Shown here one piece after another: positions 22,171-33,659 of a stretch of 64,000 nucleotides of DNA (position 1 is the first letter of the stretch; every line of letters begins with the position of its first letter). Origin of the DNA: Anolis carolinensis. Its lineage: Eukaryota. The notes beneath the pieces were generated by a model. The model made no database searches, was not told the DNA's origin, and saw nothing but the letters and a program-made list of their open reading frames with translations. Location of the stretch: assembly GCF_035594765.1 (NCBI RefSeq), contig NC_085842.1:148007036-148071035 (forward strand), read 5' to 3'. Made by a program: the position numbers and the translations under genes.

Positions 22171-24804
22171 AGAATGCTTCTGGAACATAACCATACAGTC
22201 AGTAAACCCACAGCAACCCAACTAAATTGTCCTTCATCACTAGAAACAACTTGAGACTACTACAGTGAAGTGCACTGTCTCTTTCTCATGACCTATAGTG
22301 CTCATTTAGCATTGCAGAGCAAACCATATGGCACCCAGACTTCTAAAACACTTTGCCACCAGCCCAGTCTTTGCTGCCTAAGGAAGATGCTTCGTGTTGC
22401 CCAAAAATAGGGCTAGTTATAGTATCCATTTTTGGCAACCTGCAGGATATAACTCTTTTCCCAAAGAATGCAGCAACTTACATTTCTGAAGCATAAGTAA
22501 CTTGCCGGTGGTGTCAACTTTCTGTTTCTGACATGCTACAATGAGGCTTCACAAACAGACTGAAGCAATTCTGTGTGGAGAATGGGAATGCTGGATTAGA
22601 GTCTGAGATAGAGTCACAGTTATCTATGATGCCTCCCTTACATGTCATGGGCACGCACATGCACCACAAGTGTGCAAGTATCACAGCCTAATTCATGGCC
22701 TCATCTAAGAATCTGATGTCCCTCCACCACCTGTCCTACCTTCTATATATGTAGGTTGTGAATGTTGCCATGCTTTATGGCCTGACACAAGAAACAGTGC
22801 AATGAGAGCAGATCTTCTGGGACTCCTGGTGCCATTGTTTCAACAAATGAGCAATGAAGAGTGGGGATGTGGTGGGATGGGTTGGGGAGAGGAGGAAAAA
22901 GTAAAGACTTCTCTGCCTTGCACCACCCTCCCGTTTTCTCTGCACTTGCTTCACTTACAAAGATGTAGAGGCAACAAAAATGGAATCCAATTAGGAGCAC
23001 CTCCTTTGCAGGCACCCTCAGCAATTATCGGTTTAGTAGTGCAAAACGTAGTTTAGTAGCAGCTGAAGCCTGCAGGATTGATTTCTTGTTTTGTTTTAAG
23101 TGTAGTTAATCTAATAGTTAATTTATTTAAATTGATAGGGCAGAACAAGAAGGAACAATTCTATTCCCCCCACCCCCATAGATTTTGATCCAGTGAACTG
23201 AGCTTTAATAGCTGAAGGGGGAATAAAGGGACTCTTAAAATGCCTCAGTAATATCAGCCTTTGTCAGCTTGGCAATTCTCAGAATTCATTACTACCCTTT
23301 TAGTATGGATTTTATGTTACAAGCGGCCTTAATGTGCTAGCCATGTGTATACTGGTATCCGTCTTAGCCATTTACGGAAAATCCTTCCCTACAGAAAAAT
23401 TAAACCACAAAAACCAATCCACAGAAATTATTTGAGAGGCTTCAACCAGCTTCAAGAGGACATCCAGCAAACTTTGGCAGATGGGTGCTCCATTCACAAG
23501 TCCCCTTGCCAAGCCAGCAGGGAAGAGCCTGGCTCAGAGCTTTCCTGCCAGCACACTCTTCAGCCCACCGCCATGCTGTGCTAAGGATAGAATGGGTTTC
23601 TGGTTAATTGGCTTTCATTAAAACTGTTGATGGGGATTTGGAGCTGTTTACATTGGAAGACTGTGTGGAAGCTGTGTTGGATTAATGGTGGTGTGCAAAG
23701 GAATTGGCATTGTACAGAGAGGCATAGCATAGTTGCTAGAGGGCTGTGATTTCACTTGGGCCGTGGGGGATCATCGGCTCTGACTCCCTCTTAAGTGTCG
23801 CTGATCGACTCAGCAGCAAAAGGCTGAAGGCCATCCACATACACCTTCACAGCTGACAGAGGGAAAGACACAGAAAACCTTTGGTAGGGAACATACATTT
23901 CTGCATACATTTGAGTGTCTGGTTGGAAGGGGCTACTGCTGGGTGTATTTGCTGCTCAGAACCGTAATGCTGTCACCAGGGGGGAAAGGAAGAGGAAAGG
24001 TGAAGGGATTATATACCTATTCAAAGTCAGGAGTTTGAACTCTCGAGCATTGGGGTTCCCCAACTAAAGATCTATTCTGCCAGTTTCATAGACAATTCTG
24101 CCAGCACCTCAGTCTTACTCACCTCCCACTGAAATCTGTGAGTTGTCACAGTCTTTAAAAGAAAAAGAAACAAGAAACATGGAACACATACAGAGAGCTG
24201 GGATGAACTATACCAAAACTTTAATCAATGAGCAGTTGCCTTGAGTTTCAGCCAGCTGTCTAGTAAGTACGGACTGAGAGAGACTATTAACTGCGTATCC
24301 CAGCAAGCTGTAAACTGATATTTGACGCTCCCTTTTCCCACTGAGTCTGCACTCTATTCATCTTGGAACTACAGTGATATGCAGTGATCAGGACACCAGG
24401 TCAGATCTTTAGAGTTTTTGTTTCTTCCTCTGTCCTCAAATATTTGTAGTTTTATCTGATGAAGCATTTTGGGGAACTCAAAAGCTTCTGCCATTTTCCC
24501 CTAAAAGATGCAAGATTTATACAATCTGAACTTTAAATAATGTTTTAATCCTTCTTGCTTTGATTTTGTTTAAAACTTCAGAAAACCCTGGCAGAGATGC
24601 AGCATCACGCTAGCAAATATTCATGGAATTAATACTATTAAACAAAACAAATTATTTATTACCTGTCAATGAAAGTTTTTAAAACAAAAGCTGTTCAGCA
24701 GCCTCACACCACTTTTCCTCTACTTTTCCACCACTTTCCCTCCTTTTTCTATGTCTAGCTGGATGCTTTTTAGAAGTATCAGCACTGGGAGGATTTCAAA
24801 CATA

Positions 24805-25938
24805 CAGCAGTATATGTGAAAAAGACCTTAGAGTCCTTGTGGACAACAAGTTAAACATTATCCAACAATGTGATGTGGCAGCTAAAAAACCAATGGGATT
24901 TTGGCCTGCATAAATAGGAGTATAGGGTCTAGATCCAGGGAAGTCATGCTACACCTCTATTTTGCCTTGGTCAGACCACACCTTGAATACTGTCCAATTC
25001 TGGGAATCACCATTGAAGGGTGATGTTGACATGCTGGAATGTGTCCAGAGGAGGGTGACTAAAATGATCAAGGGCCTGGAGAACAAGCCCTATGAGGAGC
25101 GGCTTAAAGAACTAGACAGGTTTAGCCTGCAAAAGAGAAGGCTGAGAGGAGACATGATAGCCATGGATAAATATGTGAGGGGAAGTCATAGGGAGGAGGG
25201 AGCAAGCTTGTTTTCTACCGCCTTGAAGACTAGGTCGTGGAACAACGGCTTTAAACTACAAGAAACTACGTGACAGTGGCAGCTCGGATAGTATACGCTA
25301 GATATTGGAAAACCTCAGAGTTACCTCCCTTAGCAGAACTGGAACAATATATTATAGAGTTGCTGATGATGGACAAAATAACAATGCACTTAAAAGGAGA
25401 ACCTTTAGAGAACTTTGTTAATGAATGGCAACCAATGATCCAACATTTCAACGTAAAATTAATCTAAAAATGTACATAGAGGAAGCTAATAGACTGAAGG
25501 CAAGGAGGAAACAGATATAAATTTGGAACTTATAATATTTTTATATGTACTATACAAATAGTAGCCTGTGACCCCTTACTGAAAATATATTGTCTGAGAA
25601 ATGATTATGAAAGACTAATAGATGAAAGTATTGCATTATATGCAACAAACACTTGCAATGTATGCATATTTGAATGAATGAAAATAAATAAACATTACAT
25701 ATATAAACTACAGGACAGGAGATTCTACCTGAACATTAGGAAGAACTTCCTAACTGAGACAGCTGCTCAGCAGTGGAACTCTCTGCATCGGAGTGTGGTG
25801 GAGGCTCCTTCTTTGGAGGCTTTTAAGCAGAGGCTGTATGGTGCTTTGAATGCGATTTTCCTACTTCTTGGCAGGGGGTTGGATTGGATAGCCCATGAGG
25901 TCTCTTCCACCTCTATGATTCTATGACTCTATGATTAT
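24805..25938 (+). mobile_element. CR1 LINE 3' part, interrupted by L1
   Basis: LECVQRRVTKMIKGLENKPYEERLKEL..FSLQKRRLRGDMI...RRFYLNIRKNFLT; (TTCTATGA)n-type tail. Confidence 0.95.
25264..25703 (+). mobile_element. L1 3' fragment (ORF2 C-terminus and 3'UTR) inserted in CR1
   Basis: AARIVYARYWK...W motif of non-mammalian L1 ORF2; AATAAA; duplicated TAAACTACA(A/G)GA at both ends. Confidence 0.75.
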
Positions 25939-26104
25939 GATAGGGCTGGGGGGAAAAGACATTCTGTGTGGAGTTGCAGCAACATTGTCTACATTAAACA
26001 TTGCAATGACACCTAAAATGAGAAAGAATGCTTTACCTGACCTGGTTATTTCATTTCATGTATGTAGTTAGGAATGAAAAGTATATGGAGTCATGGTGAA
26101 GTTG

Positions 26105-27480
26105 GTGTGCTGTGTGGTTTCTGGGCTGTAGGCCATGTTTTAGGAGTATTTTCTCCTGGCATTTCATCTGCATCTGTGACTGGCATCTTCAGAGGATATG
26201 ACAGTAATAAAGCAAGTGGAGTATATATAATGTCCTGGGTGAGAGAAAGAACCAATGTCTCTTAACCAAGTGTGAAGGGTGCAGTTAAAAAGCCTGATTT
26301 GCAAATGTTTGAGTGGGTAATCCATTCATTAGTATGTGAGTAACTGAGGGCACATCCAGACAGCACCAAATATAAGTGCCCTCTTGCATTTTTTCCTGGG
26401 GTGTCCAAATAACACTTCAAGTAAAAACGAATTCATTCAGGACAAAGCAGGACAACCATGTGTCATACGATTTCCAGTACCCATCCACACTGCTCTCTCG
26501 GGTTTCTTGGGCTCCAGGAGCCCAAGAAACCCAAGACATCCAACCCACTCCCAAAACCTACCAGAAAACTCTTCTTAAAAGAAAATAACTTACCTGACTG
26601 CCATTATCGTGTTGTCGGAGCTCTTCTGGCATGTAGAAATTATACACCAGAAGATGTGGGGGGGGGGGATCACTCTTGCCCCCCTTCTCCTGACGTGTCA
26701 GGAGAGCTCCATGTCAGGAGAGCTCCAGCAGCACGATAATGGCGGCCAGATAAGTTATTTTCTTTTTTAAAGACTTCTTGGGGGGAGGGGGGGTTGTTTT
26801 GTGTCTGGCTGCCCTGCCGGAAGGTCCAGCAGGGCATCTGGATACTCCCCCTCCCCCCAGGAAAGCATGGATGTTGGGGGGGGGGGAGGTGTGTGGACTT
26901 CAAACCAGGCCCAATCAGGTTTAAGAAACCCAGTTGTTCTCAGGTTAAAGCCCTGTGTGGAACCGCCCTGAGAAGATTGCATAGTCAATAGTGGGGGCAT
27001 ATGCCTGGAAGTAGCCAGGCCTTTGTTCCTTTGGAATGTTTATTGCCTGGAGGCATCAAAGGATGGATAGGGTTCACTAGCCCTTGATTGCTTACTGTCA
27101 GGGACATCCTGTGTCTGGGTGGTGTTCATTAGTTACTATCTTGATTCTGGTGTTTCTCAATAATGGTAGCCAGATTTTGTCTATTTTCATGGTTTCTTCC
27201 TTTCTGTTGAAGTTGTTCATGTGCTTGTCGATTACAAGAGCTTCTCTGTGTAGTCTGACAAAGTAGTTATCAGAGTCCAGAATTTCTCTGTTTTCAAATA
27301 ATATTCTGTGCTTAGCTTGGTTTATCATGTGTCCTGCTATTACTGATTTTTCTGGCTGAAGGTAGTTTGCAGTGCCTTTCATGTTCCTAGATTCGTGTTT
27401 GGGCACTGCATTTGGTGGTTCCCTATGTAGACTTGTCCACAGCTGCATGGCGGACACAGCTACATGGTGGATAGACTCTC
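26105..27480 (-). mobile_element. Older Penelope-like element (GIY-YIG and pLTR)
   Basis: PCSCGQVYIG-like motif near 27420-27450; QPEKSVIAGHMINQAKHRILFEN...FNRKEETMKIDKIWLP; degenerate hammerhead at 26153-26195. Confidence 0.85.
26348..26968 (+). mobile_element. Non-autonomous PIF/Harbinger element inserted in Penelope
   Basis: TGA|GGGCACATCCAGAC...GTGTGGAACCGCCC|TGA (3-bp TSD); internal inverted repeats. Confidence 0.75.
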
Positions 27481-27840
27481 CATAACCCTCTCCATCCCAA
27501 AGAGCCTCCCCAGCCCTCCCTCACCACACAACAAAGAGTGAGGTTATACTTCTCAAATATATGGTAGAAATGGCAGAGCAATACATGAGTCAGATCACTT
27601 TAAAGGCAAATGCAACTGTCATATCTACCATGTGAATTGTTGTTATTTTGTGGGGATCTTCTAATGGCACCACTTCCATTTATATATTGATGGCCACTAA
27701 CTTGGCTTATGGCATGCCTATCCCCACCTACTAGATCCCAGTTCAGATAGAACACTGAAAACCAGACTCCCAGGCTCATCTTCTCAAAACACAACTCAGT
27801 CCAGATCTAGCGGAGATGGGAGAATTTCTCTAGTGCATGT

Positions 27841-28290
27841 GGAGCATCTGGTTAGTAGCCAGCTGCAATAAGTCACTACTGACAGAGGGGTCATGAGTTC
27901 AAAGCCAGCCCGCTGTTGAGCTATGCAGCTCAAAAGATGGTTTCATCTGTTGAGTAGTAAATTTAGGTACTGCTTTATGTGGGGAGGCTAATTTAACTAA
28001 TTTACACCATAAACCCTTTCAGCAGCGTGCAGAAGAATGAGGAAGTACTCCATCAAGGACTCGGTATCACAAGTGGACAGTGAAGCAGCAGCTCCCCTTG
28101 CGGCTAGAATTGAGCATACCTTCATGAAGCCAGAAGCTGGAAAATATTACATTGTCTCTGTGTCTGTCTATATATGTTGTATGTCTAATGGCATTGAATG
28201 TTTTCCATATATATCTGCACTGTTATTTGCCCTGAGTCCTCTTTGTCGTGAGAAGGGTGGAATATAAATACTGTAAATAAATAAATAAAT
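27841..28290 (+). mobile_element. Anolis SINE2-type SINE (L2-tailed)
   Basis: tRNA-like head with B box GAGTTCAAAGCC; central TTTAGGTAC.GCTT core; L2 tail CCCTGAGTCC...GAGAAGGGTGGAATATAAATACTG(TAAA)n. Confidence 0.75.
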
Positions 28291-28872
28291 AGCTGTCAGT
28301 CCCAGCTGCCCCCAGCATCTCTCCACTAAAGGCATCTTATCAGTATCACAAAAAACCAGGGCTTTAGCAGTCCCCTGTTTCCTTCAGAACTTGTAGTCCT
28401 GCCCTCAGTAGACACAAGGACAGTTCGGCAAGGTAATTTGCCCATTGAGAGCTAAAAAATCACAGTCCTGTCTAGGTAATTTATCTTGGGTTTTAGATAG
28501 ATGCTGAGGAACACTCTTGCCCTTCTGCTAACAAATCTCCACTCCCAAAGCTCTTTGCTTGTCATGGGGGAGGAGAGCATGTCCTGCAATCATCTCCTCT
28601 ATTTTATACAGAAAAGAGGCTCTGCTAAACAACATTTTTATTGTGCATATGTCCTGACTTATTCAAAGAATTGTACAGGGAATCCTGAGCCCATGTCATC
28701 ATCTTCTATCTGTAACCTCCCATGTTTTCCCGCTGGTTCTTCCATCTCTTTTATTACTACCAAAATCCATTTAGGGGGGAGTTTTTTAAAAAGAAAGAAA
28801 AGCAAGCAAACAGGACAGGCTGTACAATATCCTTTGACAGGTAGCACTGGGAGCTTGCTGTCTTGGACTCAC

Positions 28873-29600
28873 CCTCAGGAATCCTGCCCTACTTTTCCCT
28901 GCCATATTCATAAGAAGGCAAATACCTCTTATTACGAACCACCGATTAACCAAACAGTTCTCCAGAGAGGGAAACATCCTGCACGTCAGAAATGATGTGA
29001 TGAAACGAGCCAGGTTGGTCTCATAGCATTTTCATGGATAAGTACAGGTGCATTTCACCAATCCAGAAAATCAAAGTAGTCAGGTATGGAATTGAAATTA
29101 CTGTTAAAAAAAGAAATCTTGAAACTTTGATCCTATTGGATGTAGACTCTTTGTATGAGCTGGATAGAAAATAGAATTGCTGATCCCAAATTCTTTGATG
29201 CATTCTGCAGTGAGAGGTCATGCTGGCTAAGACTGAATATCTTCCAACCCCTCCTCCCTGTTGTTGCCCTTTTCATAGGCACTTGCAGGTGTGTTGGCTC
29301 CAGCAGGCCCAGAGGATTCATTGTTTATGGAAAGGTTTTCATTTTGCCAGGTATCTTCTGTAGGCAGCAACACATCTGTGCCTCTATGAGTCACACCATG
29401 CTGGAAGCGAAAAAGGATATCCTGATGTGCTTGAAAGAGGGCCTGACTGGCGCAGGTTAGGCAGCAGTGCTGCGATTCTCTGTGGATGCCTACGCTATAA
29501 CCTTGCAGGCAGAAGTGTTCTGCTTGAGGGCTGCAGAGCAAGAGAGAAAGAGAGAGAGAGGTGAAGACCGTGCGTGAGAAGAGTGAAGAGGGCTCTTTTA
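28873..29600 (-). other. Candidate first or alternative exon of an unidentified minus-strand gene
   Basis: Strong donor AGG|GTGAGT (intron starts 28872); ATG 28977 open to the donor in phase 0 (MFPSLENCLVNRWFVIRGICLLMNMAGKSRAGFLR); upstream GATAAAAG (29595-602), CCAAT (29620-24) and pyrimidine tract plus CAG (29531); TE-free. Confidence 0.3.
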
Positions 29601-29967
29601 TCCGGGAGGTCAAAGAAAGCCAATAACTTTGCTGAGAGAGGGCATGGCACAAACACATAAGCAATGCCGTGATGCTCCCCAGGAAAATGCTGGAAAAAGT
29701 TGCCCATTTTCCCTGCTGGGAACATGATGCCTGATGCATGCAGATGTGCAGAAGCTGATGGAACTGAAGGCACACAGACAAAGGCTATTCAGGCATGTTA
29801 AAGTTATTTATGATATCTCTGTGTGTTCTGTAACCAAAATGTGTGAGTCCACATGTATGGAAAGAGAAGAGGGAGGAATTGGAAGAGGAAAAAGATCATC
29901 ACCCCAGGAGATAAGGAAGGAAGGGCAGGAACAGTTCCACTGTAGGGGCCTATGTTTGCCAATCTAA

Positions 29968-30494
29968 GGCTGGTTCCATACAAGCCTTTAATCAGCACCC
30001 AATCAAGTTTAAGAAACTTGATAAGGCACAAGTTAGAGTACATATACCTCCCCCAAAACCCACACTTTGGGGGGGGGGGTGTCTAGATGCCCTGTCGGAC
30101 CTTCCAGCAGGTCACCCAGACACGAAAGAAAAACCTGCAAAAAAGAGCTAAAAATGACACGCCAGGAGAACTCCAGCACCACTTTAATTGCGGCCAGATA
30201 AGTAATTTTTACTTTTTAGCCCTTGGGGGTGGGGAGTGGGGGATGATGTTTTGGGTTTTCTGGGCTCCAGGAGCCCAGAAATCCCAAGACAGCTGTGTGG
30301 CTTGGCCCCGGAAATCGCACAATGCAATCCCCGAGCCCAATGCACATAGGGCCTATACCTGGAAAAACCTGGGTCTCTGCAGGTGGCAAATTCATTTGGG
30401 ACAAAGCAAGTTTTTCCTGCTTTTTCCTGAATTAATTTGCTTTTACCTGAGATGTCGTGAGCTTGCATGTTTTGGGCGCTGTGTGGATGCATCC
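29968..30494 (-). mobile_element. Non-autonomous Harbinger element, same family as 26348, inverted
   Basis: Start GGCTGGTTCCATAC resembles the reverse complement of the 26968 end; shared TGGGCTCCAGGAGCCCA palindrome; TAA/TCA flanks. Confidence 0.7.
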
Positions 30495-30687
30495 TCAGTG
30501 AACGCTTCCATGTTACAGGATTGAATCAAAGTAGAAGAAGATTTCTAGTGGTGAGATACAGTGGCTATCAGAGCAATGAGGACTGCATCTTTGTGGTGTT
30601 TGGCATTAAGGAAAGCTATTCGGATGGATTCTAGGAGTGGGTGTCTTTGGGATAAGGGTTGGGGCACAGGGAAGGAGATATTTTATA

Positions 30688-30760
30688 GTTGTTAGTTGCC
30701 TTCAAGTTTATTTCAACTTATTGTGACCCGATGAATGAGAGGCCCTCAAGTCAAGAGGCC
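30688..30760 (-). mobile_element. RTE-type 3' tail
   Basis: GTTGTTAGTTGCC.TCAAGT...ACTTAT.GTGACCC.ATGAATGAGA. Confidence 0.6.
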
Positions 30761-32495
30761 TGTCCAGCATTGACAACCATGTATAGAAATAGAGAATACA
30801 ATAGCATGGACCATCCCAACTTCATTATTAGGTGCTTTGTGTAGCTCTTTTGTCTAGTTCTTTCAGGGGCAATGTTAATTTATTTCTGAAGGACAGTCCT
30901 AACTCATTAAAAAATACAAAGTATTAGAAATATTGTCTGTTAGTCTATCTGTCCCCCTTTTATTTTTGAGTTTTAAACTGTCCTGTGCCTGTGACAAAAC
31001 AAAGGAAGCAAGTAGAGGTGCCAGAATAAAACCTGGAGACGGCTTCTGCACCTTTACTGAGTGTTGAAGAGGATATTTCAGCAGGTGTTGCTTGTCACCT
31101 GCTTATGTGACAAAGAATAACTGCTAAAATTTCCACTTCCTCACAATCATTCAGGTTACAGGAGACTCTTCTAGTTTTCACTCTGGTAGGCCATGAAACA
31201 CAAGTTGTTCCTTTCCAACTAATTTTCAGGACAAAACTACATTAGTCAATATGTTTGGTTCCTCCAGCCCAGCATAGTGCTTTAAAGTAAAAGCATAAAG
31301 ATATTTTTGCATTTTATTTTCCCTAAGCACAAGGAAGAGGGAAGGGCGGTGTGTCGCCTTCTTCTGAAGTATAGCATAGTCATGCAGAGAGCCAAATGAC
31401 ATGAGTTGATAATAGGCTTTATCCCCAAGAAACCACTCAGTGGCAATGTACTGCACACAGCAAGTATCAATTTGTGATTGACCAGGGCATATATAGAAGT
31501 TAAAAAGGGGCCTTGTGTCTACTGAGGAGGAAGGAGAAGGGGGCATCTTTTAAATGGATTTGTTCTTTTCACCCATTGTTCCTTTCACAACAATGCAATT
31601 GGGGGTTCCCTATAGCGCACAGGAGCCATGGCTTCTGTTCCTTTTGTGATGGAAGAGAAAGGGGAATTGTGGCAGGTCTACTTTGTCATGAAGGGCTCAG
31701 AAAAGCTACTCCTGTCAACATTTCAGCTTCTGCGCTACTGTTAAAAGCAAAGAGCCTCTGCCTGCCTTAGTATCTGGTTTCCTTTCCAGCCACTATTCTC
31801 TCCAGGTGAACAGAGTCTAACACTAGAATACAATGCAATAGCTTTGATGCAGTTCACTAGAGAAATGCAATGTCTTACCAGCCTTTTAAAAATATTTATT
31901 ATCCAATAATTTTAGATTTGCATAAACAAACAAACAAATATGTATCCATATTCCCCATGCTATGAAGAGCCAAAGGCCCATCATTGGCTCATCCATTTTT
32001 AAAAATAACAACTCAATAGTAGCCATGAATAGTAAGTGGACTTCGGGGTTTTTTTTTCATACTGCACAATTCTAACACTATTATTTCACATTAACTGCCA
32101 TGACTTTATCCCTTTTAATTCCTGGCATTTGTTGTTTTGCCAGAGACATCAGATGAAGAGCCTGTCAAAGAATCCTAAATATCCCACCAAACTACCACAG
32201 GGGCCTAAACTGGAACCACTGTACTAAGTATTCCTAAACTGCACTGTTTTCCCAATGGCAACTACCCCCCCCCCAAAAAAAAAACTGTTGTTTGCCCATG
32301 GAGGATAATACATACCGTATGTACTGTACCAAGTGGATACATATGCACATTCCACGAAAAGGTAAAGAATGGGGAGGACAGAAAAGGAAAGATTTTGATT
32401 ATGAAACAGCATGGGAAAAATTTCACCCTTTTTTTCTAGTGACACAATCCTAATTGGAATTATCATAGTACTCACATCATACTCTGAGAAACTAA

Positions 32496-32728
32496 GACCC
32501 CTTCCACACAGCTAAACAAAATCCCACACAATTTGCTTTGAACTGGAATATATGGCAGTGTGGACTCAGATAGCCCAGTTCAAAGCAGATATTGTGGGAT
32601 TTCCTGCCTTGATTATTCTGTGATATATGGCTATGTGGAAAGGCCCTGGGTTATCTGACTTCACTCTGCCGTATAATCTAGTTCAAAGCAGATAATGTGA
32701 GATTTTATATAGCTGTGTGGAAGGGGCC
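32496..32728. mobile_element. Harbinger MITE, long-palindrome variant
   Basis: TAA|GACCCCTTCCACACAGCT...AGCTGTGTGGAAGGGGCC|TAA; about 83-bp inverted arms. Confidence 0.85.
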
Positions 32729-33659
32729 TAAGTCCTCCTGCTTTCACCTAGTCTAAAACCTTAGACATGTATACGAAATCTTTTTCAAGCTTCTAAAATG
32801 CATTATATGAAAAAGCAGGCTGTGGGAAAATATGTAAGTCTTGGAAAATGATGCATTCACTGAAATGTGGAAAGACCTTTCCACCTTCTCTATCTGTGCT
32901 GATGTTTTCAAGTTTATGCCCAGGTGGTACATGAGTTTTTTGAGAAAAAAAGTCACAATTCAGATAATGGATCTGGCCAGTGCAAGGAAATATTGTAAAA
33001 TTTAGGTTACATATCTGTATATGTAGCTAGTGATAGTATCCCATAGTCTCAGCGTTTTGGAACATAGATATTACATCATTGGCCCATGAATACATAACTG
33101 ATACTTTTACATTTTTAGTTCTGATGATCTCATCCCTTATAGTAAAAAGGTTAAATTTTCTTCCTTCTAATGGTGACTATATTTATACAGGCTAGAAGAT
33201 GGAATTCCAGACAAAGCTCTCCTTTGTTACAGGGAACACATGGGACTTTGTAACTGTAGAGAAATTCACATACTACGACTCAGAATTTCCACTGGGAAGT
33301 CTAAAGAAAATAAATTCCTGCTATGCTGACTTCTAGTTATAGAATTCACTTTCAGCCATTCAACCCCAAAATTACAAAACCACCTTCTCTGCCTGCAAAA
33401 TGCTGAGCAACATTTATACATTTCTGTTCAAATCATTGCCTCTTATTTCTATGAGTATTAATGAAAGCACTTCTTTGAAATGGAATGTTAACACTGTCTT
33501 GAGGGGAGTCTTTAGGTCCTCTTTGTATTTTGTTGTTGTTACTGTTTTGTATTAATTCTTTGAAACAAAATAATGAAAATTTCAAGAGAGAAAAAGGATG
33601 CAGGGAACAAAAATATTTTCCACTCCATCAGATTACAAAGAAGTTGAATAGACAAGTTT

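Larger units (their letters stand above)
21161..22220 (+). mobile_element. Penelope-like element, 5'-truncated, with GIY-YIG C-terminus, pLTR and inverted 5' pLTR piece
   Basis: TRIKEHETDCRLTQPENSDIAEHLMNQPGHSILFENTEML...VRLHREATEIHK; 21161-21251 is the reverse complement of the 3' end; 11-bp TSD ACTAAA(C/T)TGTC. Confidence 0.9.

Noticed and set aside
23564-23584. Near-perfect Kozak context CCACCGCCATG
   Set aside because: ORF is only M-L-C-stop
24453-24490. CTGATGA hammerhead-like boxes (also near 2164 and 37593)
   Set aside because: No intact GAAA box or stems; at most ancient Penelope debris
29227-29781. 184-aa minus-strand ORF
   Set aside because: Crosses a CT-rich tract and putative promoter; no recognisable domain
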